64,000 nucleotides of DNA. Source: Thalassobaculaceae bacterium. GTDB taxonomy: Bacteria; Pseudomonadota; Alphaproteobacteria; Thalassobaculales; Thalassobaculaceae. The number at the start of each line of letters is the position of its first letter. The first letter of the stretch is position 1. The stretch covers positions 602,616-666,615 of the forward strand of contig OZ245843.1 in assembly GCA_965228875.1 (NCBI GenBank). Reading direction: 5' to 3'. The notes under the pieces were generated by a model. The model worked only from the letters and a program-made list of their open reading frames with translations. It was not told where the DNA came from and ran no database searches. Both the position numbers and the translations under genes were made by a program. Below, piece by piece: positions 32,169-40,666 of the stretch.

Positions 32169-33071
32169 TCAGACCGGTTTTGCCGTGACGAGGCCCGCCG
32201 TCCGGGGTGACCGCGCCGGTGTCCGCGGCCTGCCGCCCCGCTGGCCGAGCCAGACGCTGGCCAGCACGATGGCGATGCCGGCGACCTGTGCCGCGGTCAG
32301 GGTCTCGCCGGCGACCAGCCAGCCGAGCAGGACCGCCGTGGTCGGGCTGAGGAAACCGAGCGTCGAGACCACGGAGGGGGCGATGCGTGCGACGCCGCGG
32401 AACCAGAGCACGTAGGTGAGGGCCGCACCGATCAGCCCGAGATAGGCAAGGCCGAGCAGGTTCTCGCCGGTGAGCGTCGGCAGCGGCGGCTCCAGCCAGA
32501 ACGCGACCGGGACCAGAAGCAGTCCGCCGGCGGTGAGCTGCCAGGCGGTGAAGGTCAGCGGCGAGACCGGCGGTTGCCAGCGTCGGGTCAGCACGGTGCC
32601 GAAGGCCATGGACACAGCCCCCGCCATCCCGGCCGCCACACCCACCGGGTCCAGGGCCGCCGCGGGCGTCAGGACGAGGAGGGCGACGCCGCCGGCACCC
32701 GCGATTGCGGCGACGACCGAAAGCGCCCGGATTTGCGCGCCGAGCAACTGCTGGGCGACGAACAGGACGACCAGCGGCTGGATGGCGCCGACCGTCGCGG
32801 CGACGCCGCCGGGCAGGCTGTACGCCGCCACGAACAGCATCGACCAGAAGATCGAGAAGTTCAGCGCACCCAGAAGGAACACCCGGCCCCACCAGATGCC
32901 ATCGGGAAGCTTTCGCACCAGCAGGAGCAGCAGCAGGCCAGCCGGCAACGCCCGCAGCATGGCGACGGTCAGCGGGTAGTCGGCCGGCAGGAGTTCGGTG
33001 GTCACGAGATAGGTGCTGCCCCAGATCGCGGGCGCGATCGCGGTCAGCGGCAGATCGAAGGCGCGGGACAT
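32169..33071 (-). CDS. pecM: EamA/DMT transporter, PecM-like
   Basis: TAIAPAIWGSTYLVTTELLP, RALPAG, LPGGVAATVGAIQP; divergent from a MarR gene. Confidence 0.85.
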   Translation of the reverse strand: MSRAFDLPLTAIAPAIWGSTYLVTTELLPADYPLTVAMLRALPAGLLLLLLVRKLPDGIWWGRVFLLGALNFSIFWSMLFVAAYSLPGGVAATVGAIQPLVVLFVAQQLLGAQIRALSVVAAIAGAGGVALLVLTPAAALDPVGVAAGMAGAVSMAFGTVLTRRWQPPVSPLTFTAWQLTAGGLLLVPVAFWLEPPLPTLTGENLLGLAYLGLIGAALTYVLWFRGVARIAPSVVSTLGFLSPTTAVLLGWLVAGETLTAAQVAGIAIVLASVWLGQRGGRPRTPARSPRTAGLVTAKPV

Positions 33072-33086
33072 GGCGGGCTCCAGAAT

Positions 33087-33146
33087 TCTTGAGGTCAAGA
33101 TAGTTGTCTTGACGCCAAGATAAGAATGAATTTCTTGACGTCAAGA
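33087..33146. promoter_or_regulatory. Three palindromic operator boxes (TCTTGACGTCAAGA), probable PecS sites
   Basis: TCTTGAGGTCAAGA 33087-33100, TCTTGACGCCAAGA 33107-33120, perfect TCTTGACGTCAAGA 33133-33146. Confidence 0.85.
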
Positions 33147-33170
33147 GATCTGGCGTCTCATGTTTCGCCG

Positions 33171-33665
33171 ATGGATCATGTCGACCGAATCATCGCTCAG
33201 TGGAACCGCGAGCGTCCCGACCTCGACGTCGCCCCGATGGCGCTGATCGGCCGGATCGGCCGGATCGCGCGCTGGCTCGGTCAGGAGATGGAGAAGACGC
33301 TTGGCACGCACGGTCTCAACCGTGCGACCTTCGATCTCTTGGCGACATTGCGCCGTTCCGGGCCGCCGTTCCGGCTTCTGCCGGGCGACCTGATCGAGAT
33401 GTCCATGGTCACGTCAGGAACCGTCACCAATCGGGTAGACCGTCTGGTGGCCGTCGGACTCGTGGAGCGGATCGGCAATCCCGAGGATGGGCGAAGCGTG
33501 TTCGTCGGCCTCACGCAGAAGGGACTGGCGACGATCGACGCCGCCGTGACCGATCACGTCGCGACCCAGGTGCGCCTAGTGTCGGTTCTGTCACCCCAGG
33601 AGCGGGGGGCTCTGGACGGTCTGCTGGCGTCCTATCTCGCGGCGATCGAGGAGGTGGAGCGGTGA
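33171..33665 (+). CDS. pecS: MarR-family regulator, PecS-like
   Basis: DHVDRIIAQWNRERPDLD, FDLLATLRRSG, SGTVTNRVDRL, DGRS. Confidence 0.85.
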   Translation: MDHVDRIIAQWNRERPDLDVAPMALIGRIGRIARWLGQEMEKTLGTHGLNRATFDLLATLRRSGPPFRLLPGDLIEMSMVTSGTVTNRVDRLVAVGLVERIGNPEDGRSVFVGLTQKGLATIDAAVTDHVATQVRLVSVLSPQERGALDGLLASYLAAIEEVER

Positions 33666-33671
33666 GCGCTC

Positions 33672-34628
33672 CTAACCGGCGTAGTCCGGATCGATGCGGG
33701 TGAAGTCCACCGTCGGATACTGGGCGTAGAGCTCGCGCACCAGATTCTTCTCGTCCTCGGTGAAGTCGTTCGGCGGGGTCAGCGGATCTGGCGGCAGCCC
33801 GTGCATCGCGGCCTCGACGGTCTCCCGGCTGACCGTGCCGCCGCGCTCCTGGAGAATTTTCCGGGTGTAGCCGACCCAGTCGTCGGCGATGTCCTCGTAC
33901 ACGTCGACACGGAGCATGCGCGGGTTCAGCTTCGCCAGAACGGACCACGACGCATAGAAATCGACCACATCGACGGCGTTGCGGAGCAGCAGCACGCGGC
34001 GCTGCCGGGCGCGGTCGAGCCGGTCGAAGCGATGGCCAAGGGCGATGAAGTAATTGTCGCCGACATAGCTGGCCAGCGTGTCGAAGATGTTGCGCACGAT
34101 CAGCACCGGCCGCAGACGCAGCAGGTTGAGGCTCGCGCGCATGCGCAGGCCGGCGGGGACATGGGCGCGGACCAGTCGGCCGTCGAGCAGCTCGCGCCGG
34201 GCCTGCACAGGGTCGAAGGCGGCGGTACGCAGCTCCCCGTGCACATGCAGGCCTCCGCGCTGCAGGCGCATCAGCCGGATGAGTGCCGCCTCCAGCGGCA
34301 GAGTGGGGACCCGCGGCAGGGTATTGACCAGAATGAGATTGCGGGGCGTCGACGCCGTGTAGCCGAGCACGGCGCAGGCCGTCGGGTTGATCCCGGCGGA
34401 GAATCCCCGCTCGGCGGCCACCGTCTCGATCCACAGCGGGTCGAGCGTATGGGTGACCGCGGCCAGCGCCCGGTCGACCCAGGGGCCGATGCGGCCGGTC
34501 CGGTCGCGGGCGTACCGATCGGCGACGAAGCCGCGCCATGCCTCCCTGTCGTCGGGAAGATCGAGCAGGCGGCGGCGCCAGTCGTCCTCGGGGTAGGGGC
34601 GCCCGGTCCCGCCCGTGTCGCTCACCAC
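33672..34628 (-). CDS. Hypothetical protein, possibly a divergent sulfotransferase fold
   Basis: Only long ORF with coding-like composition here; ILVNTLPRVPT, LIVRNIFDTLAS and VYEDI resemble sulfotransferase motifs. Confidence 0.55.
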   Translation of the reverse strand: MVSDTGGTGRPYPEDDWRRRLLDLPDDREAWRGFVADRYARDRTGRIGPWVDRALAAVTHTLDPLWIETVAAERGFSAGINPTACAVLGYTASTPRNLILVNTLPRVPTLPLEAALIRLMRLQRGGLHVHGELRTAAFDPVQARRELLDGRLVRAHVPAGLRMRASLNLLRLRPVLIVRNIFDTLASYVGDNYFIALGHRFDRLDRARQRRVLLLRNAVDVVDFYASWSVLAKLNPRMLRVDVYEDIADDWVGYTRKILQERGGTVSRETVEAAMHGLPPDPLTPPNDFTEDEKNLVRELYAQYPTVDFTRIDPDYAG

Positions 34629-34635
34629 CGGTGGA

Positions 34636-34851
34636 TCACAGCGCGTCGAGATCGATGTCGAGGACCGTCATGTTGAACTGGTAGCAGATCTCGCCGTCCT
34701 CATCGTCGCGGAAGATCACGCCGAGGAACTCGTCGTCGAGCATGACCTCGACGGAGTCCGCCTTGTTGGCGCGCGGTACGAGCACGATCCGATTGTTGGT
34801 GAAGCGATTGCGCAGGTACGCCTGAACCTGGGCGATTTCCTTCGGCGTCAC
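34636..34851 (-). CDS. DUF3126-family protein
   Basis: QAYLR..F...DSVEV...EFLGVIFRDDEDGE..YQFNMTVLDIDL; GGAG RBS before the GTG start. Confidence 0.85.
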   Translation of the reverse strand: MTPKEIAQVQAYLRNRFTNNRIVLVPRANKADSVEVMLDDEFLGVIFRDDEDGEICYQFNMTVLDIDLDAL

Positions 34852-34995
34852 GTCGATCTCCTCGTCGCGCGGTGATGTCCGGTGCGGTGTGCCCCCGGCT
34901 TATCCCACACTTGGGCGGTCGCGCAACCGCGATGGGCATTTGGCAGCGACGCGCGATCGCGTAGAAGAGGGGCGATCACCCTGTGCGAGACCGAT

Positions 34996-35943
34996 ATGGC
35001 CAGCTCTTCAGACATACCGACCGACATCGTCATAGACTGCGATCCCGGGATCGACGACGCGATCGCGATCCTGCTCGCGGCCGCCTGCCCGGAGCGGGTC
35101 CGTATTGCGTCGATCATCGCGACCCATGGCAATGTCGGACTGGATCTGACGGCGCGTAACGCCTGCCGCGTGCGCGCACTGGCCGGCCGGCCGGACATTC
35201 CGGTTCATGCCGGCTGTCCGCGCCCCCTGACCGCGCCGGTTCACGACGCCGCCCACATCCACGGCGACAACGGGCTCGGCGGGGTAACGCTGCCGGAAGG
35301 CGAGGGCGGTCTGGCGGCGGGACATGGTGTCGACGCGCTGATCGCCGGCGGGGAGCGGGGCGATACGCTGGTTGCCGTCGGGCCGCTGACCAACGTTGCC
35401 GTCGCCCTGGTCAAGCGCCCGGACATGGCGCCGCGCTGGCGCCGGTTGGTGGTCATGGGCGGCGGACTCACGAAGGGCAACGTGACGCCGGCTGCCGAGT
35501 TCAACGTGTTCACCGATCCGGAGGCGGCGCGCACGGTTCTGACCACCACCGAATGGCCGGTGCAGGCGCGGCCGGTGATCTTCACCCTGGACGCCACGCA
35601 CCAGGCGCTGCTGTCGCCCGACTGGATCGCCGATCTGGCAGGTTCCGGCGGGGCCGTCTGCGCCGCCGCGGCCGCGATGCTCGGCGGCTACGAGACACCC
35701 AGCACCGCCCGATCTGGCGGCAAGTGCGTGCACGACGCCATGGCGGTGGCCTGGACCATCCGTCCGGAGTTGTTCGAGAGCCGGCCGGCCCGGATCGACG
35801 TGGTCACCGACAGCGGCGGCGAGCGCGGTCGCACGGTCGCGGACTTCGCCTCGGTCGAACCGACCGCCGAGGTGGTCACCGGGGTAGACGCCGAGGCCTT
35901 CACCGCCTGGCTGAAAGAACGCCTGGTCGCGCTCGACGCATGA
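34996..35943 (+). CDS. Inosine/uridine-preferring nucleoside hydrolase
   Basis: IDCDPGIDDAIA, HGDNGLG, GPLTN, GNVTPAAEFN, VHDA. Confidence 0.92.
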   Translation: MASSSDIPTDIVIDCDPGIDDAIAILLAAACPERVRIASIIATHGNVGLDLTARNACRVRALAGRPDIPVHAGCPRPLTAPVHDAAHIHGDNGLGGVTLPEGEGGLAAGHGVDALIAGGERGDTLVAVGPLTNVAVALVKRPDMAPRWRRLVVMGGGLTKGNVTPAAEFNVFTDPEAARTVLTTTEWPVQARPVIFTLDATHQALLSPDWIADLAGSGGAVCAAAAAMLGGYETPSTARSGGKCVHDAMAVAWTIRPELFESRPARIDVVTDSGGERGRTVADFASVEPTAEVVTGVDAEAFTAWLKERLVALDA

Positions 35944-35968
35944 CGGCTATCCGAATTCTTGGCATGGT

Positions 35969-36856
35969 ATGGCAATGACTCTGACCGATCCCCTGATCGC
36001 CACACTGGCCGTTCCCGTCCTCGTCACGGTGATCGCCGCGGTTCTGTTGCGGCTGCTCGGCGGCGCCGGCCTCGGGGGGCGGATCGCGGCGCTCGGCATT
36101 CCGCTGGCCGTCGTCGTGTCGGTGGCGCTGCTGCCCGGACTGTCGCCGACCCCGCCGGTCACGGCGATGGAGAAGCTGGTCTGGCTGGCGGCGGCCGGCG
36201 GCTTGCTCGGCGTGCTCATTGAGATGGTGACCAGCACCAGGCTGATCTCCGGGATCGCGGTGTTCTTCTGGCCGTTCCTGGCGGTCGTGTGGATCTCCGG
36301 CATCGACGTCGGCGCCGTCGTTTCCGGCGAGACGGCGGGCCACCCGTTCCCCTATCGGGTGTTCGAGGTCTCGGCGGTGGCCGGCCTGGTGACGGCGCGG
36401 CTGCACCAGATCGCCGAGATCGAGCTGGAGACGCCGGTGGTCATGGCCGTGATCGCCGCCGGCCTGGGATCTCTGGCGCTGGTGAGCGGCGTCGGGTACG
36501 CCTCGGCGATCGGGTTGCCGCTGGCAGCGGCCGGTCTCGGCTGGCTGGTGTGCAACTGGCCGAATCGGCGCCTGCCTTTCGGTGGGCCGGGCGAGATCGG
36601 CGGCGTCGGCACAGCGGTCGCCCTGGCCGCGGTTCTGGTCTATCAGGCCCGGGTGCCGGTGTTCCTGGTTCTTCTGGTGCTCTCGGCCCTGGCGTTGGAG
36701 CCGCTCGCGCGGCGGTTCGTGGCGACCAGTGCGCTGACCAAGGCGGAGGCCGTTCGGCCTCTCGCCCTGGCCCTGATCCTGGCCCTTCCGGCGGCGCTGG
36801 CGGTGGTGCTCGCCGCGTTCGCCCCGGCTCTGGTGCCGGTGATCTACCGGCCCTGA
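35969..36856 (+). CDS. Hypothetical multi-pass membrane protein
   Basis: About 9-10 hydrophobic segments; follows the nucleoside hydrolase closely. Confidence 0.7.
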   Translation: MAMTLTDPLIATLAVPVLVTVIAAVLLRLLGGAGLGGRIAALGIPLAVVVSVALLPGLSPTPPVTAMEKLVWLAAAGGLLGVLIEMVTSTRLISGIAVFFWPFLAVVWISGIDVGAVVSGETAGHPFPYRVFEVSAVAGLVTARLHQIAEIELETPVVMAVIAAGLGSLALVSGVGYASAIGLPLAAAGLGWLVCNWPNRRLPFGGPGEIGGVGTAVALAAVLVYQARVPVFLVLLVLSALALEPLARRFVATSALTKAEAVRPLALALILALPAALAVVLAAFAPALVPVIYRP

Positions 36857-36869
36857 GGACCCTGTCCGG

Positions 36870-37646
36870 CTATGACAGCCCCTCGAGGCCGGCATCGACG
36901 CTCAGCGACTGGCCGGTGACGTTCCGTCCGGCATCCGAGCAGATGAACAGGATCTGGTTGGCGATGTCGCCGGCCGACACGAAGCGCTTCATCAGGGTGA
37001 TGTCCGCCATCTTCGAGCGCATCTCGTTGTCGGAGAGGCCGGCGGCCTCGGCCTTGGCCTTGATGACGCGGTCGATGCGGTCGCCCTCGACCGGTCCCGG
37101 CTGAATGCAGTTGACGCGGATGCCGTGGGGGCCGAGCTCCATCGCGCAGGTGCGGGTGAAGCCGACGATTCCGAACTTCGCCGCCGAGTAGGGACTGCGC
37201 AGCGGGAAGCCGAACTTACCGGCCGCCGAGGACAGGTTGACGATGCTGCCGCCGCCGGACTCGATCAGCGCCGGTACCGCCTTCTGGGTGCCGAGAAAGG
37301 CGCTGGTCAGGTTCACGGTCAGGCAGGCGTTCCAGTCGTCGAGCGAGACTTCCTCCACCGGCGCGGTGGGGCCCGCGGTACCGGCGTTGTTCACCATGAT
37401 GTCGAGCCCGCCGAGCGCCTCGATCCCGCGGTCCATGAAGTCCTGGAAGGCCGTCGCGTCGCCGACGTTGCAGGGGACGCCCTGCAGGCCGGGGATCGCC
37501 GCCTTGGCGGCTTCCAGCGCGTCGACATCGATGTCGCAGGTGTAGACGGTGGCGCCGGCGGCGGCGAACACTTCCGCCGTCCTGCGCCCGATGCCCTGGG
37601 CGCCGGCGGTGATGATGGCGCGCTTGCCCGTCAGGTCGAGCTTCAT
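36870..37646 (-). CDS. Short-chain dehydrogenase/reductase
   Basis: TAGAQGIG, NNAG, YSAAK; GGAGG RBS. Confidence 0.92.
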   Translation of the reverse strand: MKLDLTGKRAIITAGAQGIGRRTAEVFAAAGATVYTCDIDVDALEAAKAAIPGLQGVPCNVGDATAFQDFMDRGIEALGGLDIMVNNAGTAGPTAPVEEVSLDDWNACLTVNLTSAFLGTQKAVPALIESGGGSIVNLSSAAGKFGFPLRSPYSAAKFGIVGFTRTCAMELGPHGIRVNCIQPGPVEGDRIDRVIKAKAEAAGLSDNEMRSKMADITLMKRFVSAGDIANQILFICSDAGRNVTGQSLSVDAGLEGLS

Positions 37647-37743
37647 GGTGGTCCCTCCGAAAGTCGGTTCTCTTGCCGCGTGGACTATAGCGGGGTGCGG
37701 ATCGGCGCGTCAGCGTCCGATCGGCGGGGCCGGTCGGACCGGG

Positions 37744-38385
37744 TCACTGGTCCAGGTTGAGCTTGTCCCGGACTTCCTTGCGGATGGTCTCGACATCCTT
37801 GCCGCTGAGCATCAGGCCGGCGATGACAAAGGCGAGCGCCAGGCCGAAGGCGGACATCATCGCGCCCGTGCCCAAGGCCGGGCCGTAGGTCCGCCAGATG
37901 AACACGGTCCCGAACCAGAAGCCGGCGAAGGAGGCCAGGGACGCCAGAAGCAGGAAGCCGACCCGGATGCACAGGCCGCCGATCCGGGTCGCCGACATCA
38001 GTTCGCGGAACATGGCCGAGGCCTCGGCCTCGGCGATGGCGCGGGTGATCTTCTTGCGGGCGATCTTGGCCCAGTCGCCGTAGGCCAGGCCGGTGCTGCC
38101 GTCGAGGCGGCCGGGATTCAGGATCGCCTCCTTGAGGTCGACGATGATGGCATCGGCCCGTTCCGCCGGGGTTCTGCGCTTCAGGCTGGGATAGACCGGC
38201 GCGTCGTCACTGTTCGCAGGCGCTTCGCGTCCCGATGCTGCGAAGCCGCCGCCCGTCAGACCGCCTGTCGCGCCGTTGCCCGGCGCACCACGGGTTGCTC
38301 CGCCGGCCCCTCGACGGTTGAGGGGCGCGGCCGGGGGGCGGTTGTTCGACGGTTGGCGCATGCGCAGGTCCGCTCGTGGAGACAC
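37744..38385 (-). CDS. Hypothetical protein with two C-terminal TM helices (start uncertain)
   Basis: Low-complexity N-terminus, helical middle, two hydrophobic segments. Confidence 0.6.
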   Translation of the reverse strand: MSPRADLRMRQPSNNRPPAAPLNRRGAGGATRGAPGNGATGGLTGGGFAASGREAPANSDDAPVYPSLKRRTPAERADAIIVDLKEAILNPGRLDGSTGLAYGDWAKIARKKITRAIAEAEASAMFRELMSATRIGGLCIRVGFLLLASLASFAGFWFGTVFIWRTYGPALGTGAMMSAFGLALAFVIAGLMLSGKDVETIRKEVRDKLNLDQ

Positions 38386-38400
38386 CGGCGGCGTCCGCGG

Positions 38401-38754
38401 TCAGACGGCGCCGCGGATCAGCCGCTCACGAAAATACCGGTTCAGGGTATCGAAGGCGACCGAATCCAGTTCGCGGAAGGCGACGCCGACCGATCCGTCG
38501 CCGTCATCCTTGCGCCGGACCTCGCCGTCGGTGCGGAACAGCGCCCCGGGACCAGCGGTCGGCACGAAGACGCGCATTGGCGTGCTGTCGCCCGGTTCCA
38601 GCGCACCCGAGTACTCGAGAACCCGGACGCCGCCGAGGCTCCAGTCGCCGATGGCATAGGGCGCATTGCCGATTACCACGGTCATGGGGGCGGAGATCCG
38701 GCGGGCCTGCCGGCGGTCCGACGGCCGGCTGCCTGAGGTGAGGGTGGCTGACAT
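38401..38754 (-). CDS. Standalone PilZ-domain (c-di-GMP receptor) protein
   Basis: RRQARR (RxxxR) and DWSLGG (D/NxSxxG) motifs; GGAG RBS. Confidence 0.8.
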   Translation of the reverse strand: MSATLTSGSRPSDRRQARRISAPMTVVIGNAPYAIGDWSLGGVRVLEYSGALEPGDSTPMRVFVPTAGPGALFRTDGEVRRKDDGDGSVGVAFRELDSVAFDTLNRYFRERLIRGAV

Positions 38755-38950
38755 GAGGTCATCTCCGGTTTGTGCTGCTTCGTGTCTGGGCGGAGGCGGC
38801 GCCGGTGAGACGCGCTTCCGCCCGTCATGCAGCAACCGGCGTGCCAGAGGATGGGGCGTTGAATTCCAACGATTCGCGCAGGCGGCCGGCGGGGCGACGG
38901 CAGATTCTGCCCGGCCATCGGCCGCCGGGCGGTTCGCCTTTTGCCCAGTT

Positions 38951-39052
38951 CGCCGGGAGTCCGCTGGGAGTCCGCCGGGAGGCCCCGGGCGTCTGCCGGG
39001 TGGCCGAGGGGGAGCAGCCGAGGGGAGCCGCCGGGGAGGGGATGGGGTCGGG
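38951..39052. repeat. Degenerate ~11-bp G-rich tandem repeat
   Basis: cgccgggagtc / cgctgggagtc / cgccgggaggc / cccgggcgtc / tgccgggtggc / cgagggggagc ... Confidence 0.55.
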
Positions 39053-39057
39053 CGGCG

Positions 39058-39339
39058 TCAGGCCGTGTGTTTGGTGATCTGGCCCTGGCTCGGCCAGGCC
39101 GGACGGGTTGCCACGTCCTTCGATCCGCAGGCGCTGCAGCGCATTCGGGCGCCGATCTCCGGTACCGGGAAGTCCGGCCCGAGCTGCGCCACCAGCATCG
39201 CCGTCGCCGCCTCGGCATTGTGGCCGCAGCGGTTGCACCAGCAGAACACGCCGACCTTGGCGGCCAGCAGATCGCCGAGTTGGGCCGCGCGCTGGGTGCG
39301 GTCCTTCTTGTCCATCATCTCCCGTTTGAGCCGTCCCAT
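39058..39339 (-). CDS. Small zinc-ribbon protein of unknown function (alternative start 39357)
   Basis: CWCNRCGH...RMRCSACGSKDV: two CxxC pairs; AAGGA RBS before ATG 39339. Confidence 0.75.
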   Translation of the reverse strand: MGRLKREMMDKKDRTQRAAQLGDLLAAKVGVFCWCNRCGHNAEAATAMLVAQLGPDFPVPEIGARMRCSACGSKDVATRPAWPSQGQITKHTA

Positions 39340-39374
39340 GGCGCGACCGTCCTTCATCCCGTCACTTGGAATGA

Positions 39375-39389
39375 GAACATATCAGGAAC
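39375..39389 (-). promoter_or_regulatory. Alphaproteobacterial LexA (SOS) box GTTC-N7-GTTC
   Basis: Plus strand GAAC-ATATCAG-GAAC, i.e. GTTC-CTGATAT-GTTC on the minus strand, in the short intergenic region upstream of the Zn-ribbon gene. Confidence 0.72.
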
Positions 39390-39437
39390 ATTCGAGGTGA
39401 ACAATGCGAAGCGATTCTCAACCGCGCCGGACGGCGT

Positions 39438-39776
39438 TCAGCTCTGGACGAGACGGGGAAGCTTCTCGAAGGTGGCGAGCACGTCGAGCAGGCTGGAACT
39501 GCTCTTCAGCCGCTTCGGTCCTGAGAACAGCGCGTAGGTCGGCCGTTTCTGACCGCGACGCTGGGTCTTGGAGACGGAGTAGAGCGGGCGCTCGTGGGTG
39601 TGCCGAAAGATCGAAAACACCGCCATGTCGTCCTGCCGGTCGAGCGCGTAGTCCCGCCACTCGCCGGCGGCGACGCGGCTGGCGTAGAGTGACAGCAGCT
39701 GACTGAGTTCATGGCGGGTGAAGAAGAAATGCCGGGCGGACTTGCGCGTGCTCGGGAGACGGATCAGATTTTCCAT
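39438..39776 (-). CDS. DUF2794-family protein
   Basis: FTRHELSQLLSLY...VAAGEWRDYALD...AVFSIFR...ERPLY. Confidence 0.85.
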   Translation of the reverse strand: MENLIRLPSTRKSARHFFFTRHELSQLLSLYASRVAAGEWRDYALDRQDDMAVFSIFRHTHERPLYSVSKTQRRGQKRPTYALFSGPKRLKSSSSLLDVLATFEKLPRLVQS

Positions 39777-40014
39777 CGGCCGGCGGGTATCCTTGCATTA
39801 CCTAGCCTGTCTGTTCGCAAGTCTTCCCGAATTTGCCGGTCGGGTAAACCCCCTGCCGACAATCGGTTGCGGCAGGCTCGGAGATCACCCCGGGACGGCG
39901 GTGCGCGTTGATTTCCGCCGGCCCCGCCGCTAGGTTGCGCGACCGTCACGTGACACCGACGGCGCCGTCCGGTGGCGACAGGCGAGCCGGACACCTGGAT
40001 TGGAGAAGAATGCC

Positions 40015-40659
40015 GTGGCCGACATCTTCCGCGAAGTCGACGAGGAACTGCAGCAGGAACGCGCGGCGACTCTGTGGAAAAAGTACGGAGGCTGGGTGAT
40101 CGCGGTCGCCGTCGGCATCGTGCTCGCGGTCGCCGGCAACGTGTTCTGGCGCGAGTATCAGGCCGGACAGCGGGCCGAGCAGTCCGCCGCCTATGCCGAG
40201 GCCGCCGGGCTGCTTGGCGAGAACAAGCCGCGCGAGGCGGCCGACGCCTTCGCCACCCTGGCCGAGAGCGGCGACGCCGGCTACGCGGCCATCGCGAGTC
40301 TCAGCCGGGCGGCGGCGCTGGTCGAGGCCGGCGACGTTCCGGCTGCTGCCGACGCCTACATGGCGATCGCCGCCGACGGGTCGGTGCCGGCGCCGTATGG
40401 TGATCTGGCCCGCCTGCACGGGGTCCGGCTGCGGATCGGCAGCGCCGACGCGTCGGCGTTGCGCGGCGACCTGGCGTCGCTCCTGGTCCCAGGCAATCCG
40501 TGGCTGCCGTTGGCCCGCGAGGCCGAGGCGGCGATCGCGATCGCCGCCGGCGAGACCGATGCGGCGGTGGAGGCCCTGAAGCTGCTGACCGACGATCCGG
40601 CGACGCCGGGCCGGCTGCGTCAGCGGGCCAGCGAACTCCTCCAGGCTCTGGGCGGGTGA
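40015..40659 (+). CDS. YfgM-like membrane-anchored TPR protein
   Basis: ADIFREVDEELQQER...LWKKYG, one TM helix, TPR-like helices; upstream of bamB-der. Confidence 0.85.
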   Translation: MADIFREVDEELQQERAATLWKKYGGWVIAVAVGIVLAVAGNVFWREYQAGQRAEQSAAYAEAAGLLGENKPREAADAFATLAESGDAGYAAIASLSRAAALVEAGDVPAAADAYMAIAADGSVPAPYGDLARLHGVRLRIGSADASALRGDLASLLVPGNPWLPLAREAEAAIAIAAGETDAAVEALKLLTDDPATPGRLRQRASELLQALGG

Positions 40660-40666
40660 GGCCGAC

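Noticed and set aside
32040..34630. Genomic island integrated at the guaA 3' end (a known hotspot)
   Set aside because: No integrase, no duplicated guaA 3' end that I could see, and no clear compositional break
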